From the IMG/VR virus record IMGVR_UViG_3300023294_000070, positions 1 to 28,894 of that record: 28,894 nucleotides of DNA. The stretch is one strand, 5' to 3'. The notes under the pieces were generated by a model, which ran no database searches, was not told where the DNA came from, and saw only the letters and a list, made by a program, of their open reading frames with translations. The position numbers and the translations under genes are program-made. Positions 23,355-28,894 of this stretch are shown here, piece by piece (the stretch's first letter is position 1; every line of letters begins with the position of its first letter). This DNA is from a virus (taxonomy: Duplodnaviria > Caudoviricetes).

Positions 23355-25815
23355 AGCCCCCGGATTCTGCCCGCGTCATCTGTGCGAGAAATCGCAAGCA
23401 GAGGTTCGCCAGTGCCAGACCGACTGGGTGCACTACCACTATCAGGAGCGAAAAACGGACAATCTGCAGCCGGGCGGTTCACACGTTAAGCGTGACCCGA
23501 TCCGCTGCGATGTGATCATGCCGTACCACGCAGGAACCCTCGCTTACGTTGAAGAGGCGGCACGTTCGATTCTAAACCAGAACAACGCGGAAGTGATCTT
23601 GCATCTGGTCGGCGACGGGATTTCCCCTGAAGACGGAATTGATATGCCGGGCGTGAGGAAGTATTTCACGCGCAAGCAGGTTGGCCCCTATGCCGCACGG
23701 ATGATGGTCTTTGACTATCTGGAGACCGACTTTATTCTGATGGCTGACTCAGATGATATCTACCATCCGAACCACTGCTTCTATGCCGTTGCCTGTTTGA
23801 TGGACACGGGGCGTGATCTGTTCGGGGCCAGCATGGAACAGTTCGTTGATTACCGGGATGGCTCCTGCGATGTGCTGAAAGAGACATTCAGACAATTCCC
23901 GATCATTACATCAGGCAGGCCAGAGAAATCCGTACCAGATGGGAATATCGTACATGCGACCTTGGCAATCACTAAGACGGCTTTTGCGGCGTTGAATGGA
24001 TATTATGATAGCGTTGTCGGTGCAGACACGCACCTGGTGAGGCGGGCCAGCGAAGCGGGTTACAAGTCGTTTATCTCTGATAAGGTTGTTGCACAACGGC
24101 GGCTGCATCGAACATCATTGACCAATTGCGCAAAGCTGGGAATCAGGTCTACTCAACGCTGGAAGATCAGGCAGGATCTGGAAGAGCACTTCAAGCGGAT
24201 TCAGTCAGGCGAACCCGTGGAGTCATTCGGAAGGCTGGATAAGTGGATTAAGTCGGACCTGTTGATTGTGGGCTCGGCCCCCAGAGACACTGCGCCAGAC
24301 ATCGAAAAGAGCGATTACGATATCGATGTGTTTATCCCCTATTACAAAAATCTGCATTTAGTTCCCCAGACGATTGATTCGATTCTCTGGCAACACGGCG
24401 TGAAGCCGTTTATTCATCTGGTCAATGACTGTTCGCGAGAAGACGACACGGAATTAAAGCGGCGGTACGGGTATCTGCCAAACGTGGCCTGGTACAAAAC
24501 AAAAAGGAATGTCGGGCCTTATGCGATTGCAAACAGCCTCTTTTATCACACGAGGACGCGATTTATCGGCATTGCAGACAGCGACGACATTTACCTCCCG
24601 GATCACTTTGGTACTGCTATCTCCGACATGGAAGGGAACAAAGCCGATGCCTGGGGAAGCGTGATGACTCAGTTTCTGAACCCGCTGGAGTTGCACACAA
24701 AACATAATCTATCGACAATCGAAAAGCACCCGATAGCCGACTCTGGAAGAAAAGTCGGTCTGCCGTATCCCCGGCTGGTTAACGGCACGATGGTGATCCG
24801 TAAAAGAACTTTCGAAGCGTTAAATGGATTTAATGGCAACTGGCAATGTGCAGCCGATACGGAGTTCTCTCAGCGACTCCAATTTCCGAGCGACGTTGGC
24901 GGGCGTGTTTTCTTCTCGGACCAGGTGACAGCACTTCGAAGAATATGCAGCAACAGCCTTTCGAATTCCGACGGTAAGTACGGCTTGAAATCTTCGGAGC
25001 GCGACCAGATCAAAAACGAAAGCGTGGCCCGATATCAACTCTGGAAAAGGCAGGGACTGAATGATCCTCGGCAGCATGGAACCCTCGACACTCAGGATGA
25101 TGTATTGGATTCGGACTATCGGTTGACCAGCACCAACAGAGACAAAATAACGGCCTGTATTGCGACGATCCCCCGGCGAGTCTATGCGCTGGAGAAAACC
25201 ATCGCGTCTCTGATCAATCAGGTAGATGCGATCAAGGTGCATTTAAACGATTATCAATTCGTCCCGGAGTTTCTGAAGAATCCGAAAATAGAACTTGTTT
25301 TCGGGGACAATTCAGCAATGAGCTGTCGAAAGTTTCTTTGGTCTGATAAGTTGAGCGGGTTTATTTTTACATGCGACGATGACTTGATTTACCCGCCTGA
25401 GTATGTGGTGAAGATGGCCGAAGCTATCACCAAGCATAAATGTATTGTCTGCGCTCATGGAAGCAGATTGCCACCTGGCAAGATTGAAAGCTTTTATAAA
25501 AACCGTACCGTCTACGATGCACGGCGGGAAGTTCCGTATGATGTCCGGGTGGACGTGCCGGGAACCGGAGTAATGGCATGGCACACTGATCACGTTCAGA
25601 TCAAACCTGAAGATATAAATCTTCCGGGGATGGAAGACATCGCGGCTTATTGTTTTATGTTCAATAACAGTGTGCCGGGTGTTGTAGTAAAACATCAGAC
25701 TGGGTGGTTTGTGTCATCAACGCATAAAAATGACGGTGGGCTTTACAGCGATTCAATCCGCGACGACAGAAGGGAAACGGAGTTAATCAATGCCCATAAA
25801 AACCATCGGGCGTAG
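23332..25815 (+). CDS. Tri-domain glycosyltransferase (two duplicated GT2-like domains plus a third GT-A domain) with Cys-rich N-terminus
   Basis: DVIMPY...ADSDD...LNGY; DVFIPY...ADSDD...LNGF; IATIPRR...FTCDDDLIYPPEYV. Confidence 0.9.
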   Translation: MKTLCQCKAPGFCPRHLCEKSQAEVRQCQTDWVHYHYQERKTDNLQPGGSHVKRDPIRCDVIMPYHAGTLAYVEEAARSILNQNNAEVILHLVGDGISPEDGIDMPGVRKYFTRKQVGPYAARMMVFDYLETDFILMADSDDIYHPNHCFYAVACLMDTGRDLFGASMEQFVDYRDGSCDVLKETFRQFPIITSGRPEKSVPDGNIVHATLAITKTAFAALNGYYDSVVGADTHLVRRASEAGYKSFISDKVVAQRRLHRTSLTNCAKLGIRSTQRWKIRQDLEEHFKRIQSGEPVESFGRLDKWIKSDLLIVGSAPRDTAPDIEKSDYDIDVFIPYYKNLHLVPQTIDSILWQHGVKPFIHLVNDCSREDDTELKRRYGYLPNVAWYKTKRNVGPYAIANSLFYHTRTRFIGIADSDDIYLPDHFGTAISDMEGNKADAWGSVMTQFLNPLELHTKHNLSTIEKHPIADSGRKVGLPYPRLVNGTMVIRKRTFEALNGFNGNWQCAADTEFSQRLQFPSDVGGRVFFSDQVTALRRICSNSLSNSDGKYGLKSSERDQIKNESVARYQLWKRQGLNDPRQHGTLDTQDDVLDSDYRLTSTNRDKITACIATIPRRVYALEKTIASLINQVDAIKVHLNDYQFVPEFLKNPKIELVFGDNSAMSCRKFLWSDKLSGFIFTCDDDLIYPPEYVVKMAEAITKHKCIVCAHGSRLPPGKIESFYKNRTVYDARREVPYDVRVDVPGTGVMAWHTDHVQIKPEDINLPGMEDIAAYCFMFNNSVPGVVVKHQTGWFVSSTHKNDGGLYSDSIRDDRRETELINAHKNHRA

Positions 25816-25993
25816 CCTCTGGAACCGCCTCACTAAAGTGGGACACGTCGAATATGACGGATTCGTCGAGGTAAACGGCCTGCGGTTCACAAGCCTGCGA
25901 ACCATGTTCAATGGCAATCCCCCAGATATTCAATTCGGTCTGTATGGGGACTGTCGATTCACAAGTAACACAATCAGAGAGTTCAAATGTTAG
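25790..25993 (+). CDS. Small hypothetical protein
   Basis: 67 aa, GGAG RBS, overlaps both neighbours and fills the gap. Confidence 0.5.
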   Translation: MPIKTIGRSLWNRLTKVGHVEYDGFVEVNGLRFTSLRTMFNGNPPDIQFGLYGDCRFTSNTIREFKC

Positions 25994-26787
25994 AAATCCC
26001 GAATCTTGAAATTCACGCGACCTACGCTTGCAATCTGCACTGTAAAAGCTGCTCACACTTTTCGGATATGCAGGTGGGAAAAAACGTTCCCCTGGCTGAG
26101 ATCAGCGCCCAGATGATGCAGTGGAGCGGCCGTCTGGCTCCGAAGTTCTTTTCGATCCTGGGAGGCGAACCGACGCTAAATAAAGAACTCTGCGGAATCG
26201 TGCACGAATGCCGGAAGCAATGGCCCCTCTCGCAATTGAGACTGATCACAAACGGATTCTATTTACACAGACACCCTGACCTGCCGAAAATCCTGCAAGA
26301 CACTGGCTGTGATCTGGCCGTTTCTGTGCATCACGACGGCGAAGAATATACCGAGAAGCTGAAGCCGGTGCGGGAACTACTTGACCAGTGGTCTGCTCAA
26401 TATAAATTCAAGTTGACGTTTCGGCCATCGGCGAAAACATGGCGCACGACATTCGAGGGTTATGGATCTGAGATGAAACCGTTTACCGACGGAGACCCGG
26501 AAAGCAGTTACAAGATCTGTGTTGCGAAACATTGCCCGCAAATATTCGGGGGGAAAATCTGGAAATGCCCACAGTTGGCGTATCTGGGACTGGTTGATAA
26601 AAAACACAAGCTCGGCGACGAATGGCAGAAGTATCTATCGTATCGCCCACTATATCCGACCTGCTCAGACGCAGAGTTGCAGCAGTTCTTTGCCACGAAA
26701 GCAGAGCCGGCGTGCGCCATGTGTCCGGCCCATCATCGGCATTTTGAAATTTCCAATCCGTTGCATCCTCTGGAGCAGGTTAAATGA
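25987..26787 (+). CDS. Radical SAM enzyme with probable auxiliary Fe-S (twitch/SPASM-like) C-terminus
   Basis: CNLHCKSCSH (CxxxCxxC), LGGEP, ITNG; C-terminal C..HCPQ..GKIWKC...CAMC. Confidence 0.92.
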   Translation: MLEIPNLEIHATYACNLHCKSCSHFSDMQVGKNVPLAEISAQMMQWSGRLAPKFFSILGGEPTLNKELCGIVHECRKQWPLSQLRLITNGFYLHRHPDLPKILQDTGCDLAVSVHHDGEEYTEKLKPVRELLDQWSAQYKFKLTFRPSAKTWRTTFEGYGSEMKPFTDGDPESSYKICVAKHCPQIFGGKIWKCPQLAYLGLVDKKHKLGDEWQKYLSYRPLYPTCSDAELQQFFATKAEPACAMCPAHHRHFEISNPLHPLEQVK

Positions 26788-27578
26788 CATTACCAAAGCT
26801 CGTCTGCCTCTGCTGTACTTATCTCAGGCCGCAACTGCTGGCATCCATGATTCGTGACTTCGAGTCGTTCGACTATCCAGACGATAAGAAGCAGCTCTTG
26901 ATACTGGACGATGTGGGGCAATACCCCTCGGAGCCAAGTGGCCCCGGCTGGTCTATCATCTCGGAGAAAAACAAGTATCCCACTTTGGGAGAAAAGCGAA
27001 ACGCTGTAGCCGCCATGGCTCCCGCTGATGCTGACGGCTTTGTTGTCATGGATGATGATGACGGTTACTGCGCATGGACACTCAGGGCTCATTCTGAGGC
27101 GTTACAGAGAGCGGACGTTTCCCAGCCGACGCGAGTGTATTCAGAAGCGAATTCAGACAAGCGGCTTTTACTGGATCGCGGCAAAGGAATCTTTCACGGG
27201 TCGTGGGCATATACCCCGGAAGCATTTAAAAAAACAGGAGGCTACACGGCCAGAGATAGCGGCGAAGATCTCGACCTGATGCGAGCATTCAGACGCACGC
27301 AATGCCAGATTGCTGATCCGTGCGAGAAGTATCCCCCCTATTACGTTTATCGTTGGCAGCACACTGGATCTTATCACGTTTCTGGCAAGTCCCAAAAAGG
27401 ACTGGTACTGCTACGCGATGACTGGAAGAAAATGCCGAAGGTTGAAACGCTTCCGGATCCAGCAGAACGCAATTGGTCACTGGCTGCCAGAGAGTTTCTC
27501 GGCTGCCTGAATGGGGTTGATGTCTCGGAATACTGGATAAAAAACAAACCAGAACTACTCAAAAGGACTGAACCCTGA
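26784..27578 (+). CDS. Glycosyltransferase, GT-A fold (GT2-like)
   Basis: CCTYLRP, LLILDD, LGEKRNA, VMDDDD, GGY...GED motifs; ATGA coupling. Confidence 0.88.
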   Translation: MTLPKLVCLCCTYLRPQLLASMIRDFESFDYPDDKKQLLILDDVGQYPSEPSGPGWSIISEKNKYPTLGEKRNAVAAMAPADADGFVVMDDDDGYCAWTLRAHSEALQRADVSQPTRVYSEANSDKRLLLDRGKGIFHGSWAYTPEAFKKTGGYTARDSGEDLDLMRAFRRTQCQIADPCEKYPPYYVYRWQHTGSYHVSGKSQKGLVLLRDDWKKMPKVETLPDPAERNWSLAAREFLGCLNGVDVSEYWIKNKPELLKRTEP

Positions 27579-28285
27579 TGCTGTTTAGCTGCTACTTCAC
27601 AGGCTTTCCCGATCCCCAGGGTAAAGGCCAGATGCAAATTGACGATGACACCAAAGTGGAACCACTCATCAGCGATGTGGAACGCTTGGGGATTGAGCTA
27701 ATCATCTTTCACGACCTGCTCTCTGATGAGTTTGTTTCCCGCTGGTCAAGCGAACTGGTTTCCTTTTCTCGGGTTCCGGTCTCGCCGATCTATTCCGTCT
27801 GCGATTACCGGCACTTCTGTATTCGCGACTGGCTCGAATATCACGAGTATGTAACCGTCTGGTACTGCGATCTGTTTGATGTGCGAATGAACCGCAGACC
27901 GGAATCAATGCTGGATCTGTTCCCGGAGCACGATCTATTTCTGGGTATCGAACGCATCGAATGGAAGAATAACAAGGCCACTCCAGATGGCCGATGGATG
28001 GTCAATAAATTCAAGCAGGCTTACGGTGATGTTCCGCCCGAGTCACTGAACCAGACGATTCTGGCAAGCGGTCACTGGGGCGGCAAGTATCACATTGCAA
28101 AGAGCTTTGTTAATACGCTATGTGGTGAATTCGAGCGGGTCAAGGCAGCTCGTAAGAACTTGAACATGGCTGTCTACAATCAAGTTGCCTATCGGTACTT
28201 CCCGTTTTGGGCTGAGGGGGCTCCGTTCAATTCCGTGTTTCGAAAATTCGATTACTCGGCAGATGTTGTTTTTATCCACAAATAA
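27578..28285 (+). CDS. Putative glycosyltransferase (GT-A-like, DxxD motif)
   Basis: IIFHD, YCDLFDV, ILASGHWGG, NMAVYN and terminal FIHK resemble nucleotide-sugar transferases of the TDxxDV type. Confidence 0.65.
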   Translation: MLFSCYFTGFPDPQGKGQMQIDDDTKVEPLISDVERLGIELIIFHDLLSDEFVSRWSSELVSFSRVPVSPIYSVCDYRHFCIRDWLEYHEYVTVWYCDLFDVRMNRRPESMLDLFPEHDLFLGIERIEWKNNKATPDGRWMVNKFKQAYGDVPPESLNQTILASGHWGGKYHIAKSFVNTLCGEFERVKAARKNLNMAVYNQVAYRYFPFWAEGAPFNSVFRKFDYSADVVFIHK

Positions 28286-28296
28286 GGAAGCGGACT

Positions 28297-28824
28297 ATGT
28301 CTTTTTATGATGCAGTGGCACGGGTCTGGAATCAGGATCGCGACTACTCACAGGGGGCAATCGGCAAGGAAGTGTGGGACGCTATCGCGACCCATATTAA
28401 ACCGAATTCGAAAACGCTGGAATTTGGTTGCGGACTGAGTACCCTGCTCTTTAATTATGCGGGACACCATCACACGGCGATCGACAATAATCAGAAATGG
28501 ATCGATCTGGTAAAGTCGCACGAACTGACAGTACGAACACAGATCGTTCATTCCGCAATAAACAGTCTCGGCTTTTATCTTAATGTCCCCCCCGGGCCTT
28601 ATGATTGTGTTCTGATCGACGGGCCAGCCGGGGAAGGCAAACGCAGCGGCGTGATTGAGATTATCGAATCGCTGGTCAAGGAAGGCGCGGTCATTATCGT
28701 GGACGACACGAACCGGCCCAAGGAAAGGGCGCTGTCGGAAGCAATTCAGAATCTGCTCTGTGCTTCGCAGGTAATCGAGGGTGACACATCGCATGGCCGC
28801 AAGTTCGATCTGATCATTGTTTGA
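28297..28824 (+). CDS. Class I SAM-dependent methyltransferase
   Basis: LEFGCGLST (motif I), AIDNN, YDCVLIDGP and GAVIIVDD. Confidence 0.88.
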   Translation: MSFYDAVARVWNQDRDYSQGAIGKEVWDAIATHIKPNSKTLEFGCGLSTLLFNYAGHHHTAIDNNQKWIDLVKSHELTVRTQIVHSAINSLGFYLNVPPGPYDCVLIDGPAGEGKRSGVIEIIESLVKEGAVIIVDDTNRPKERALSEAIQNLLCASQVIEGDTSHGRKFDLIIV

Positions 28825-28838
28825 AATCGGAGCAACTG

Positions 28839-28894
28839 ATGTTCGAAGAATTTTTGTTAACACAGGTCCGCAGTCGCGGCATTCAGTGCGCAAT
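28839..28894 (+). CDS. Start of the next gene (partial, runs off the window)
   Basis: GGAG RBS at 28829-28832, then ATG, MFEEFLLTQVRSRGIQCA..., open to the window end. Confidence 0.5.
   Translation, partial: MFEEFLLTQVRSRGIQCA

Noticed and set aside
191-28893. Numerous minus-strand ORFs in the track (e.g. 515..973, 2108..2608, 21782..22363, 28348..28893)
   Set aside because: All lie antisense to well-supported, tightly packed + strand genes and show no recognisable motifs.

Overview
A 28.9-kb, gene-dense morphogenesis region of a long-tailed (siphovirus-like) HK97-fold bacteriophage or prophage, entirely on the + strand. Gene order: small and large terminase, portal, gp7/MuF-like head protein, prohead protease, a CAT-anticodon tRNA, major capsid, head-tail connectors, tail tube, a gpG/gpGT chaperone pair joined by a -1 frameshift, a Dit-like protein, tape measure and tail hub. 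A tightly coupled cluster follows, with about six glycosyltransferase domains, a radical SAM enzyme and a methyltransferase. The most notable signal is that both tail-tip proteins carry mucin-like Thr/Pro tracts next to this cluster, suggesting a phage-encoded virion O-glycosylation system (inference). Other oddities: Dit placed before the tape measure; a tRNA with mixed initiator/elongator features inside the head module; two attenuator-like hairpin/terminator elements; an 11-bp phased AACCC array upstream of terS; a protease tail resembling the capsid scaffold domain; and hints of Gln-specific head maturation. No integrase, lysis or replication genes are recognisable, and the host cannot be determined. 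All product calls come from motifs and gene order by eye, not from database searches.
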